Source of the DNA: Kondoa subrosea
Lineage: Eukaryota
DNA length: 64,000 nt
Reading direction: 5' to 3'
Assembly: GCA_039545335.1 (NCBI GenBank)
Contig: BCIN01000002.1
Span: forward strand, 2,696,678 to 2,760,677
Shown here: one piece after another, positions 1 to 12,062 of the stretch
Numbering within the stretch: position 1 is the first letter of the stretch
Layout of the letters: every line of letters starts with the position of its first letter
Translations under genes and position numbers: made by a program
The notes under the pieces: model-generated
Seen by the model: the letters and a program-made list of their open reading frames with translations, nothing else
Databases searched by the model: none
What the model was told of the DNA's origin: nothing

Positions 1-1000
1 GCAGATGCTGTAAGTTAGGAAACATAGAATCAAGGCTGCGATCTGGAAGCACCTCCCCCAGTGCTACTGCAATTAGGCGAAGTGTTGTAACGCTGCCCAT
101 AACATAGCAGTTGCAGATATGGTTTAAGAATGATGGCAGATCGTCTTGTTGTTCGCGCTCGCCAACGTCCCACACGTATTCCCGCATGTGCGATGCTTGT
201 TGCAACAGATCAGCTGGTCCTACACCTTCAAGAGATCTGGTGAAAATTTTGCGAACACTAGGCGATATTCGAAGTTGATCCCGCGATAGACCGTCGAATC
301 GCATCAGAGCGGGAAATGAGACTGTTTCAAGACGAGGCGCCATCAAGAACCAAGTCAAAAAGGTCCAAACGCCTTGAGGCACAGAACGGGTTCCGGCACC
401 GAAATATTGAAAGCTAAAGTGTTTGAGTAGTGATCGGAATGGCAGCTGCTTCAGAAGCCCGTGTGGTATTGAATATGGAATATGATCAGGATCTGTTGCG
501 CCAGATGCATTTCCGAAGTCATCTTCCTTACGAGCGCAATGTATTAACATGATGGTGAAAGACTCGATACTTGTGCATCGCTCGAGAAGTGCTGTTATGC
601 GCCATAGTTCTGCGATAAATGCATTACTTCGTCGACGTGGAGCATCTCCCCGTTGGTCGTCTCGCTCTGTGATGCACCAAGTGAACTCCTTGACCAAACC
701 TGCGCGACAGGGTTGCTTTTCGATTGTTCTTGCAAGTTCATATCGTACAGATTGCTTTTCGGTAATCCTCCGATACAGACGAGGCAGTAACTGGTAACGG
801 AAGCGCGCTGCAACAACTTCAGTTAGCGCTTCGAACCAGAAGCACAATTACTTACAGCAAGAGAGCGAGAGTCGAGCCAGATCACCGCCCAAGCGGTCTA
901 TATCTGGTGTCTCCCAATAGTTTCCTTCTCTCGTATCGTCCTCCTCAAGACAATTCCAAATTAGTTCCAGCACTTCATCGGGAAGAAATGGAGCAGGCAT
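1..1000 (-). CDS. F-box-like hypothetical protein (3' end runs off the window)
   Basis: ATG at 1000 gives MPAPFLPDEVLELIWNCL (F-box-like LPxEvlxxI). Removing a GT-AG intron at 808-855 joins to ...LARLSLSC-SRFRYQLLPRLYR. Confidence 0.6.
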
Positions 1001-1574
1001 GCCAGCCAATTTTCGCTTTCCCTTCGCTTATTGATACGTCAAGATATAGTCTGGTGTAGAACCGGTCTTTGTATTCACCAAAAGGCTAGACAGAGCGAGT
1101 CTCGTGAACAAGGGCGAAATGTAGGTTTCGCCTTGCAAGCAGAGTATGGCGCCCAAGTCCAGCTAGGTTTAGCAACTCTTGTGCCTGCAAACCACAGCAG
1201 GTGGTTCTTGCAGTGTCTGGCTGGTGGATCTTTAGCTGAACTATTCCCGGACAAGAGTCACAAATTTATACTATGTCAAAATCACGGAAGGCGTGAGTCA
1301 CAGCAGAAGATCAATTCAAAGCTTCATGGATGGACTGCAGGTGTGCCGCAATGGAATACTGTACAATCTGAAAATCGAATGCAAGCCTCAAACCTCCTTG
1401 TCGCCCTTCTGAACGGCCGACGCTATCCAGCTTTACAGCTGGCTATTCAATGCCAAGTTAGCATCAGTACTTTGAGAGAGACGAGCTGGATCAGAAGACA
1501 TACTTGTTGCCGCAGCTTAAAAAAGCTGATGACCAAACGACAGGTCAATGCCATAGTCTGCGCCAGCGCATTGA

Positions 1575-3145
1575 TCACATTAGATCAGAGAAGCTCATCA
1601 TCGTTTGCCTGCAAGTGAGCCTGACTTCGGTATCAATAGACAGGACGAAACAGGAAGAAGCTTACAACCATGCCGTGGCGAACTGATCTTCATACTGCAG
1701 AGGGTCTACTCGAGTTCTATATCATTTAATATCAGCAGAGATTTTCTTTGTTTGACAAGAGAACTTACTCAATCTTGAGCTGCTTTGCCAATCTTTCGCG
1801 AGAGACGTGCTTATCACCCTTTTGCGCTTTGAGCAAGAACCAAATAATTTCGAATAGGAGGTAAACATCTTCTGGACTGCCTTTCTTTGATCCTTCCTTG
1901 TGTTTCTCTGCGGGAATCTGTAAGTGATAACAGTCTCGAATGTATGTACGAAATGCTCACCCATAATCATATCCACTGGAGATAAGACTGTGACCCAATA
2001 TATATTGCGCCTACCATCTAGATTCGGCTCACTTTGGAACATCTCAAATCAGGAAACAGCATCGACGACGAAGGGAAAGACCTACTAATCTCTAGCCGTC
2101 AAACCTGGATTGTTGTCCGGTAAACAAGCATATCTGCCAGCTTTGTTGCACCCATCCATTTCACCCGACAATTGACAAATATACTGCCATTTCAATTCTT
2201 GTGTGCAGTCTTTCGGTAACCTTTTATCCAGTAATGCTTGATACCCGTGCGCTTCTCCTAATTGACGGCGTTCTTCTGCTGTGAGTGCCGAAGCAGGACC
2301 GGCACCTTGGAAAATGGAGTCCATCAAAGCTTTGAGAGGTATCATATTTGGTCCAACACCGCGAGAAACATCTTTATGTTGAGCTAGTAGATTAGGTATT
2401 CCATATCTGTGCAAACGGAGATTGTTGCTCAACCGTAATATACTAAGTATTACGGAAAAGTACGTACTCGTCCTCTAATTGTAGAGCTAAACGCTCAATA
2501 GTCACTTCTTGCGCTCGACCCATTCGATCCAGATCATCCATCAAGCTAGTAAGGAGAAGAAGCGTTCCAGCTGTATGACCAAGTCCTGCTTCTACTTTCA
2601 TACGTTCTATACCACGCATTGAGCTCAAAGTCACATCAGAGACATACTTGCTTACCAAGGAGTGAATGAGCAGGAGTGTTTGCAACGTTGATCCAAATCA
2701 CATTCTCTTCTTTGTATTCCGTTGCAGTAAGTTTAAGCACAGCAAACATCCCAGATCCAGAAGGTAAACCTTTCATCAATCGATCGGTATGTAACTGCAT
2801 ATGCTTCTTGCTCGCGGGTCTTTGTCTAGTAAGGATCAAAGTCTTTATATCTTCTTCTGCCTTTTCACGAGAAGAAGGTTGATATAGACTTGGATCAGAT
2901 GTTGGAGTAGCCCTTGAAGGCTTTTTGCCTTTCTTGCTGCTTTTGCTTGTTTTAGACACTTTCGGCGGCAGAGGTAAGGTCGATTCAGAAGGAAGAGAAG
3001 TCTTGCCAGGTAGTAGAATGGATCGCACAGCTTTACTGTCCATTTGGATGCCTTGCTGACTTAGTCTCACGATGATCTTGGCTACTCCCAATCCCTCATC
3101 ATTGTTCAATCTTCTAACTTGCTCCTCAATAGCTGCTTGATCCAT
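1575..3145 (-). CDS. Spliced hypothetical protein (about 7 exons), no recognised family
   Basis: ORF-track pieces 2636-3190, 2443-2685, 2085-2432 and 1722-2042 join in frame through GT-AG introns (HSLL-ERMKV, LQLE-EYGIP, ARDY-EPNL) and end ...AWLQTMMSFSDLM*. Confidence 0.6.
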
Positions 3146-3320
3146 CCTGAGACTTGTACGAACGGCGGCCGAGCTTTTACTGAAAGCCAAGTTTATTTTT
3201 CCAAAGGTTGGAGTCGAACGATTCTCGATAATATACCCCTTTCGCTGTAGCTATACACGGCTGACTAATACACACACCTACACATTCTTTGACAACACAC
3301 AGAGCTCCTCCTACTCAAGT

Positions 3321-5373
3321 ATGAGCTTCTCATCGCAAAAGGTCGCAGAAGCGGCGAGGGAAACGATCGGCCTTGTTGGGCTTGACCAGGAGACAATCGG
3401 AGCTTCCAGTCCGGCTGCCTACTGGCCTACACTCGGTAAACACTTTTATCTCGCTAACTTGTCCAGCTGGACGACCACAACTCTCGTTATCATCTTTTCC
3501 TTACTTGCGCTCGAGCAACTGAATTATCGCTCAAAAAAGAGTAAGCTCCGACGCGATCGATCATGTAGCTTGCTCATCCAATCACGTCTACAGAGCATCT
3601 TCCTGGCCCAAAATGGACTATTCCAGTAATTGGCAAATTCGCAGATTCAGTAAGTTCCGAGGAAACTCAATCCGCCACTCTTTCGCTTGACTGATCGCGT
3701 TCATCAAATCAGCTCACACCTACTATGAAAGCTTATCATGCTACATGGGCAACCAAGCTTTCTGCAGTTTCAGTTTTCAATATGTTAGTTCTCTAGTGCC
3801 GTCCCATTTAAAGTTGGAAGGTTGATGAATGTTTCATCGACAGCTTCATTGTGATGGCTTCGGACAACGCTTTCACTCGCAAGATCCTCAACAGTCCTAC
3901 TTACGCCGAACCTTGTTTGGTTGCTTCTGCTAAACAAATCTTAGTTGCCGATAATTGGTAGGGGATGCATTGACGAGACTGAGGTTATAGCTCATTCGCA
4001 ATTAATCCATTCTACAGGGTCTTTCTGACTGGCAAAGTGCACGCCGAATACCGCAAAGGTCTCAACGTCCTCTTCACTCGACGCGCTTTAGCTATCTACC
4101 TGAAAGTTCAAGAAAAGATCTACCGCCAACATTTCACTTCCTGGTTGGCCAAGGATGCTTCACCCGAAACCTCTCATCATCCCTATCAAATGGAATTCCG
4201 TGATCTAAACATGGAAACCTCTTTACGAGTTTTCTGTGGTGAATACATTCCAGAAAAAGGAGCCAAAGAAATTTCAGACAATTACTGGCTCATCACTCAA
4301 GCTTTGGAACTTGTCAATTTCCCTTTAGCTGTTCCAGGAACTAAAGTTTACGCTGCTGTGCAAGCTAGAAAAGTTGCAGTGAAATGGTTTGAACATGCTT
4401 GTGCTGAATCTAAAAAGAGAATGAAGTTACCTGGAAGTCAACCGAATTGTTTGTTGGATGAATGGGTCAAGAATTTGTTGGAACAACATGATGGTGTTGA
4501 GAAATACACAAACACTGAAATGTCTTTGGTCGTCTTGTCTTTCATCTTCGCTTCTCAAGGTCAGTGGAGTGCCTGCTGCAATCAGATTGGAAACTGATGT
4601 TGTGGTTGTTTCATTGACAGATGCCATGTCATCTTCTGTCACTTTTGGTTTCCAATTCTTAGCCGATTACCCAGATGTGTTGGCTAAAGTCAGAGAAGAG
4701 CAAGAACGAATCCGTGGTGGAGACTATGAATCCGATGTTCAAATTGATCAATTGGACAAGATGACCTACACTCGAGCTGTGGTCAAAGAAGTTTTGCGAT
4801 ACCGACCACCAGTCTTGATGGTTCCTTACATGACTACCAAACCATTCCCAATTTCAGAAGATTACACTGTCCCTAAAAACTCAATCGTTATCCCATCTTT
4901 CTGGAATTCGTTACATGATGAAGTCGTCTACCCTGAACCAAATACTTTCAACCCAGATCGATTCTTACCTGGTGGCAATTCCGAAAACGCAGATCCAAAA
5001 CATTGGCTTGTGTTTGGTAGCGGACCTCACAAATGTATTGGACAAGAATACGTTTACATGCATATGACTGCTGTTCTTGGTTCAGCTGCTGCTACTATGG
5101 ATTGGACGCATGAGAGGACGAAAGATAGTGATGAAATTCAGTAAGCCCTTTCATAGATCTGTGCGAGTAAAAGAAAGCTAAATGTCTACCAATTGCAGAA
5201 TTATCGCCACGTATGTCTAATTGGTCTAAATTGTATTGATCATTGACTAATTGCTCTTTGCAGTATCTTCCCTAAGGATGGATGTAGATTGAAGTGAGTC
5301 ATGGAGTCATTCACATTGTATGGCCGCTGATCTAATGTCAACCAGGTTTTCACCGCGAGCAATCAAGCACTAG
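3321..5373 (+). CDS. ERG5: Sterol C-22 desaturase, cytochrome P450 CYP61
   Basis: [25 protein letters not shown]-helix, EVLR (ExxR), heme motif [10 protein letters not shown], and C-terminal IATIFPKDGC assembled from micro-exons. Confidence 0.93.
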
Positions 5374-5440
5374 ATGCGAAAGGGTATTGAACAGTATTCA
5401 TACATATTATGTTGGTTAATAATGCGCACGATGCCCTAGA

Positions 5441-6052
5441 CTACAATGGTTCCTTCCCTTTACTTTCGTGACTTCTTCGATTAACCATTTCAAATCCATC
5501 TTCATCTATTATAGGTTGTGGTTTCGATTGCTTTTGCGGAGCAGGTACATCCACATCCATTCCGTCATTTGTTTCGTCTTCTTCCTCATCGGATCCACTT
5601 TCATCCTCATCATCACCTGAACTTTCTTCCGCTTCATCTGTCCCTCTTTGTCTCTGCGCATCAGTCTTCTTTCCTTGTTTCTTCTCCGCCATTGCTCTGT
5701 ACTTGTTAACCAATTCTTCCCCTTGACCATTTTTACATTGAATCCATAACTCGTTCAGATCCCTAACTATTGATTTCTCACTCCCATCTTCTAGCATCAA
5801 TTCCAATTCTACATCCAAGAATTCTTTCAAGAAATCTTCCAGAGCAGATTGATTAGGTAATGTAGTAGAGGCAGTGGTAGAAGTATAAGCGTCAACTAAT
5901 TCTTCAGCTAAACGTATAGTCATTTCCTGATTTGATTCTTGGGAAGTTAAAGAAGGTGGTCGGAGTTCTAGAGCGAGTTGATAAGCTGGCCAGATTGCTA
6001 AGATTGCTAAGAGTCCAGAAGCGAATTGGATCTCATTTTGAGTAGAAGACAT
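5441..6052 (-). CDS. TSR2: Pre-rRNA-processing protein TSR2
   Basis: FASGLLAILAIWPAYQLA, LEDGS motif, acidic tail ending IIDEDGFEMV. The true start is the ATG at 6052, not the ORF-track 6397. Confidence 0.85.
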   Translation of the reverse strand: MSSTQNEIQFASGLLAILAIWPAYQLALELRPPSLTSQESNQEMTIRLAEELVDAYTSTTASTTLPNQSALEDFLKEFLDVELELMLEDGSEKSIVRDLNELWIQCKNGQGEELVNKYRAMAEKKQGKKTDAQRQRGTDEAEESSGDDEDESGSDEEEDETNDGMDVDVPAPQKQSKPQPIIDEDGFEMVNRRSHESKGKEPL

Positions 6053-6208
6053 TTTTTGCGGAATTGTAGCAAAAGTAGAGTTCCGGAATAGAGGGAACTG
6101 TAGCAGATACAGATACTTGTGAAATAGTGATCTGTATGAAGCCTGACTAGACAGAAGAGACTGGCTGTGTTGAGACAAAAGAATCATTTGTCCGCAAACG
6201 AGCAAGGG

Positions 6209-7712
6209 ATGTCTATACCAAGCGAATTGAAGCCTGGTCAGTCTTTCATTAACGTTGTAAAGCCACAGCATCATACTGAATAGATACCTTAAGCAACGGC
6301 TTTCCTTGCACGCGCTCAAGAATTGCAGCAGCATGATGCGGTCATGGCTTATTGGTGTAACCCCCTTCGGTCTCTCCTTTTCTATATGTGTTCTCATTCC
6401 ATACTCTTTCTCTGTGTCCTTCTATGCAGGCAATTATCATGCTGCTCAAATAGCTATGGCTCTCCGACCAACTGCGTCAGAATCACGTCAATTTCTCTTC
6501 TCCCTTTTGGATCAGCTAGAAGAGGTATGCTTGATTCAATCACATACAAATCGAGAGGCTGATACCAGAGAAAATAGGCTAAAGCGACGTTGAAAGATAA
6601 TCAAGCCATTACAGAAGAAATCGCAGGAGCAGCTTATATCGAAAACTTTGCTGCTAAAGTCTTTAATGGAGCCGACAATACCGATCGGGCAGGGAAAGCA
6701 ACAAAGTCGGTGCAGATCTGATCCCTTCAGTATTCGTTCTGATGGGATCTGATCGCTTACGACAGAGCAACAGCGAAGAGCTTCTTAGCTGCTTCCAACT
6801 TCTACGAATTGCTTGCTGATTTTGGTGAAACGGATCCAGAGGTGGATTACAACTCAAATGAATTTGTTCAACCGCTGATTCTCTTGGAACTAGATCAAGG
6901 AAAAGATCAAGTACGCGAAATGGAAAGCCACAGACATTGTCAAAGCGATTAAAGAAGGTCGTGAACCTGTACCAGGACCAGCAGGAGGTTTAGAAGCGGA
7001 ACAAGAAGCCATGACTGAATTACCATCTGTTCCAACCACAGAAGATCAATCTTCCAATACTTCCGCAAACACTGAAGAAGAGGCAAAGGATGTAGAGATG
7101 CTACTCCGTGGGTTGACGCCTTCGACAGATGAAGTGCAAGACTTGAAGTCAACAGTTGAAGAATCGAGTTCATCTACATTGAAATTACCTAGTCCTCCTC
7201 TTCGAATTGATGGATCCACAGATTTCGGACCAGCGTCACCTTCTTATCCATTCCCAACAACCGATACATCTTCCTTGGATCCTTCTGCGCCTTCTTTCAC
7301 TCCTCAATCAGAAATCCTTCCCTTAGCTCCTTCTTTCAGCCTTCAACCTTCTGCACCTCCTATTCCATCTCCATTACCGCCTAACGCTCCAGTTCCGCCT
7401 GCTCCGTTGATGCGTCATCCTTCTGTTGTCCCAACCCCACCTGTTTCTACTCCTCAACCTCAGTCGTCCAGTACTTTGTTCCCAACCAGCTCAGTTCCTA
7501 AAATAGTGCAACAAGCTTCTTCTATCCAACAACAACAACAACAACAATCTTCTATCACTTCTTCCCAGGAAGAAGGTGACAAGATTTTCGATTTCAAATC
7601 TATTTCAACAAGTCAGAAACATGCGAAATTTGCAATTTCTGCTTTGAATTTCGATGATCTGCATGAAGCTAGGAAACAGTTGAGATTGGCTTTAGAAGCT
7701 ATTGGTGGTTGA
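6209..7712 (+). CDS. VTA1: ESCRT/Vps4 regulator Vta1
   Basis: MIT region FLARAQELQQHDAVMAYWC and KIKYAKWKA, Pro-rich linker, VSL domain QKHAKFAISALNFDD. Confidence 0.9.
7527..7547 (+). repeat. (CAA)7 microsatellite encoding poly-Q in VTA1
   Basis: Seven consecutive CAA codons seen in the sequence. Confidence 0.9.
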
Positions 7713-8025
7713 TTCCTGTTCTTCTTCTTGCTTCTCACTGCAAAAGAAGAACACAGAAGGAAGGAAGGAATGATACGAGTGTAGACAAAAGAAAGAGAAT
7801 GGAAAAGAGTATAGAAGAGCAGCGGGAAAGGGACGCCTTTCAATACTGTGTCAACACAAATGGTGAACTGGCGACACTCTCGCCGAAAGGAAAAGAAGAC
7901 GGATTCCGTGACCGAGACGTAATGTATGTAGAGACAACGATAACTGGAATACCTCGCATTCTATAAGGATTTGAATACGCCGATTGTTACTGCATTGCAT
8001 ATTTCATTTCTTCTACGTGAACCGA

Positions 8026-8761
8026 CTACCTGTCCTTGGGAATTGTTGTACGATCGGCAGCTCCATCCTGTTTGTCCACAGCGATGAGTGCGACTTCAAC
8101 CAATATATACATTTATACTGACCTGAGGGTTAGCTTTCGCTGATCTGTAGCCAAATAAGAACAGACACAATCAGGCTAATTTAGACAAAGAGGAAGAGAC
8201 CTACGCGGCAGCTCCTGATCTGTAGTCAAATAAGAACAGACGCGATTAGATTAATCTGGACTCAAGTGGAAGGGACCAACATTTTCTCGCCCATGATCTG
8301 AGCGGTTCCTCCAATGGCACCTGATTCAATGCAGCATTAGTATAGCTCATGGACAATTTGCAGCTGGCCCACCTTCCGTAGTGAACTGATGATTATAAGG
8401 TGATTAGCTTTAAGTGAGTACCGCGCTGTTGCCTAGTTTACCTGCTGTCCAATTGCTCCGTTCTGCACAACATCGTTCATTAACTTAAGGAAAGCCTGCT
8501 TTAATAGCTTGCGTACCTTATCGAAGGGACCTGCAAAACATCGTTCAGGAACTCTAGAAAAGCCTGCTTTAATAGCTTACGCACCTCCGACAGCTTGAGG
8601 AATGCTGCCGATAGCCCCATCCGCTTTGAACTATTGAAAGCTATCGGATCACACAAATTTCGGTTCCAACATCATTGCAAACGCACTGCAGATCCAATTA
8701 CACCATCTTCTCTGAAAGCCTTTCCGATTCCAGCACCAGTATCTTTTGCAGCTTCAGACAT
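8026..8761 (-). CDS. Small 95-aa Gly-rich GAIG-repeat protein, 9 exons (absent from ORF track)
   Basis: Exons 8761-8687, 8630-8585, 8530-8517, 8462-8442, 8385-8373, 8320-8281, 8219-8205, 8144-8123 and 8067-8026 are all joined by GT-AG introns in one open frame: MSEAAKDTGAGIGKAFREDGVIGSAFKADGAIGSIPQAVGGPFDKNGAIGQQFTTEGAIGGTAQIMGEKISGAAASAKANPQDGAADRTTIPKDR*. Confidence 0.8.
8145..8280. repeat. Direct repeat: 60/61-nt copies (8145-8204, 8220-8280) equal to introns 7 and 6 of the small gene
   Basis: Manual alignment gives about 48/61 identical positions with one gap. Confidence 0.88.
8463..8584. repeat. Direct repeat: two 54-nt copies (8463-8516, 8531-8584) equal to introns 3 and 2 of the small gene
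   Basis: Manual alignment gives 46/54 identical positions with no gaps. Confidence 0.9.
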
Positions 8762-9132
8762 GTTTTCTGTTTAAGAGTTCGTTGAGCAAGAACAAGAAAT
8801 TTATGACGATCCTTTCATAAGTACAGATCGGTGATTACGAGATCGAGACTTTGTACCTCTTTTACGCGTCGTGTTTGACAACATTCATGAGCCTCAGAGT
8901 CAAAGAAGCTATGTTCAGTACACAAACGAGAAGACCGTCTATCTTATGCATGAAACGCGAAAATCTGCATTCTGGACCATGGTCACAACAAACGACCGAC
9001 CGATTAGGACAGAAACGACACTCAAGGGGCAGAGAAGAGCGAGATACGATTTACAAGGTTCAACAGGACTGGAAGAGCAGAAAGAGTTGAAACAGCGCAG
9101 GACAAGCTTCAACATTTCTCGTTTTCCGAAAC

Positions 9133-10295
9133 ATGGCAATAGAGAAGTCTAGTGAGGCCTTCACTGTGACGGTAGCAGACGGAACGAGGCTCTCCTGCAT
9201 TTTACGCGTAAGTCCGCAGCCATTTCGAGGATTTACTGTATTTGATCACTGGAATAGATTGCCAAGACCCCAGCTGCTCAAGGTCTGGTTGTACTCTGTC
9301 ATGGTCGCTTTCACACCAAATCAAGAGGCATCGTCTCTATGATTGAGCCGCTTCTTCCCTTTTCAACTCTTATATTCGATGCTCGAGGTAAGAGCCGAAG
9401 CAAGTAATTGATTACCGACCAGCTAAGCTGGCATCACAGGAATGGGCGAATCTGAAGGTCAGACAGGGTACAACAACGTAGACGTGAGGCTATGCTCTGC
9501 CATACTTGCAGCAGCTGAATTGGCGAAAGGAAGAAGTGGATGATCTAGCTATGATTCTACAACATGTCCGAGCCAACTATGCAGCACCGAACAACACTCT
9601 TCTCGCTCTCGTTGGGCATTCAAAAGGCGCCGTAGTACTCTTGAATCTAGCAGCTCGCCAGATTATACCATGTCGTGTGGTAAGTCTAGAACGTTGCGGC
9701 CCTGCTACCATTCAAACATGATAATAGCTAGTCAATATTTCTGGAAGATACGAATCATCCAATGTTTCACCTGAATCTCGATTCAGTCCAGCACAAAACG
9801 AAGATCTCAGATCAAAAGGTTCATTCGTTTGGCTGAACTATCGAGCTGGTCCAGAACCTGAAAGACCCGAACGGAGACCTTATGTCGTGACTCAAGCAGA
9901 TTTGGATTCGCACAGTACCAGAACATTGCAATGCGTCGAGAACTTACCGGATGACACGATTGTTCTCAACTTGCATGGCAAAGGAGATGGCACAAGTGAG
10001 CTAGCTATAATCTGCACGTCTCTTCGCTCAAGAAAGATCTGCAGTACCATGGCAACAGACACTACAAACGGATGCAGCTATCAAAAGAGGAAGAGGGTCA
10101 AGCGATGTCATGCTGTTAGAAGGTATCAAGCATAATTGGGATGAGAAAGGTCAACCGGAACTCCTTGCTTCACTCATATCCGGTTGGATCACCGCAAGAG
10201 CAGGCATGTCTGTTATAAGAACGTCGGATGAAGCTTTGGTAGATCATTTGGGTCAGTTTAGAGAAAGATCGTCCGGTACCACGACTCCTAGATGA
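9133..10295 (+). CDS. Alpha/beta hydrolase
   Basis: VVLCHG, FDARGMGESEG, nucleophile elbow GHSKG, LHGKGD and catalytic His in GIKHNW; multi-exon. Confidence 0.8.
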
Positions 10296-10417
10296 ACAGA
10301 GATGATTTCATACGAACTCTAAAACCATTAACTGCTATGATATTGACCGAAATACGAACATTATCAAGCTTGCATTTTCTTTACCTGTTCGATCGAGTCC
10401 CGTTTTTGCAGATGTGA

Positions 10418-11656
10418 ATGTTTCAAAGCCTTCTTCCTCTCCTGCGCTCCTCCAGCGCATCTCGTGCAACTGTGCACTTATCCCTTCCGCTGCGTGCGTC
10501 TTGCTTCGTACTGCTGTGACTGTGTTTCTCAAGTGTCTCAGAACGTTCTCGTCATGCTTCCTGGCTAGCTGTATCTTCTGTTGTCGTCGGGTAAGCTGAC
10601 ATTTATCTATGCGAGCTAGTCCTCATCATATAACAGTCTGCCGATTGCTCTTTGGACCTACAAAGTAAGTTTGCCTTTTTCCAAACGCTTCGCTGCCTGC
10701 GCCTCTTAAGACATCATGCAGTGCGCTATGATGATCGTATTTCAGCGCAAGATCAGTATGTTCAGTCTATTTTGTACGGTTTCTACTGTTCTGAGCTTGC
10801 CAGCAAGTCTATATGCCTTACATCGGTCGATCTGAAACCCTTCCTGCATTAACTCCTGGTCTGCATTGCGAAGTCCTCAAAATTCAGTCCGAAAAAGGTG
10901 TATCCTTATCCTGTCTTCAAGTCAAACGATCTCCAGACCAGGAGCCGAAAACGGTAGTGATGTACTTTCAAGGTTAGCTCATTCGATCCCATATCACATT
11001 GAGCTCATATCTGAACAGGCAACGCATCAACACCTGTGCATCGTTTGCCGGTTTTCTCAAAACTCCTTCATCCAGTAAGCCCTATCGACCTAATCTTCGC
11101 ACTTGCGCCAAGAAGCTACTGGAGTTCCACCCATTCTTTTCTACAAGGTCCATCAGAAATCAATTTCGTCAACGACTATCTAGCAGCTTTCCATTTTCTC
11201 CGGTCATTGCACCCAAAAGCCAAAATCTTCTTGCAAGCGCATTCAATAGGCTGCGGCATCCTCTTACAGCTTCTCGTTCGGCATCCTAAACTTCTCCAAC
11301 ATGTTCAAGGAATCATCTTAGAAGCTCCGATGACAAGTTTAGCGGACATGCTCAAGGCAATGTACGAATCTCCCTTCTTGCCTTATCGCTACCTCGCACC
11401 TTTTCTTTATGATCGGTATGAATCTTTGCAAGCTCTTGATCAAATCAGTAGTATGGAAGAAGGAAAAAGGCCGAAGATTTTGGTGATAAGTTTAAGTAAG
11501 GATGAACTTGTACCGAATGAGATGACGGGAAGATTAGTTCAGCATGCGAAGAAGTGTGGATTGAGTGTGGAGCATGTAGAAATAAAGGAAGCGTTGCATG
11601 ATAATGGATATCTCCAACCGGGTTGGGCGAAAGCGATCAAGCGATTTATTGGGTGA
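10418..11656 (+). CDS. BEM46/ABHD13-like alpha/beta hydrolase, possibly with a mitochondrial presequence
   Basis: Spliced GLPIALWTYKCAMMIVFQRKIIYMPY, YFQGNA, AHSIG, ILEAPMTS, KDELVP, ALHD. The N-terminus is Arg/Ser-rich. Confidence 0.75.
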
Positions 11657-11662
11657 AGCAAC

Positions 11663-12062
11663 TTATTTGCTCGGATCTTGGACGACAAGCAGGATATAGC
11701 TAGGATCTGTAGATTACATCAGCATGAATTGATGAGGACGCGACAGAAGACTGACCTGGTGTGATCAAGAGCTCGTACCGCTTTAAGCGTATCCTTAAGA
11801 ATCTAACTGTTCCCTCTTGCTCGCTTCCTGCTTCTCTCTCCAGCCCATCTAATTCTGTTTCACTGTTCTGTACCACTTTCCAGCACTTCTCAGCGTAAAG
11901 TCTGGCAGTAGATGCGGTTTGTTGTTCGCTTGATGCAGATTCTGTGAACAAAGGTCCTGTCGACCGAATAATGCTGCCTGTCGCGCGTTGAAGGATCATG
12001 ACGCCTAATACGGCTTTTTGGGCTGACAGACGAGCCAAAGTGGCATCCAAATCCGCCGTCAT
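11663..12062 (-). CDS. Dynein light chain roadblock/LC7
   Basis: LDATLARLSAQKAVLGVMI...FLRIRLKRYELLITP-D..YILLVVQDP; one intron near 11707-11755. Confidence 0.88.

Noticed and set aside
1031..1618. 195-aa plus-strand ORF
   Set aside because: TTG start, no motifs, overlaps the 3' end of a minus-strand gene; probably a shadow ORF.
2433..2455. 8-bp hairpin CCGTAATA/TATTACGG within an intron
   Set aside because: Short enough to arise by chance in 64 kb.
1722..3190. Consecutive broken ORFs as an endogenous viral element or pseudogene
   Set aside because: Every break is explained by a canonical intron that restores frame.
6053..6397. N-terminal extension of TSR2 in the ORF track
   Set aside because: It overlaps the promoter and first VTA1 exons on the opposite strand; TSR2 similarity begins at the ATG at 6052.
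8140..8590. Spaced direct repeats resembling a CRISPR array or a MITE
   Set aside because: Eukaryotic context, only two copies of each of two unrelated repeats, and the boundaries coincide exactly with GT-AG introns.
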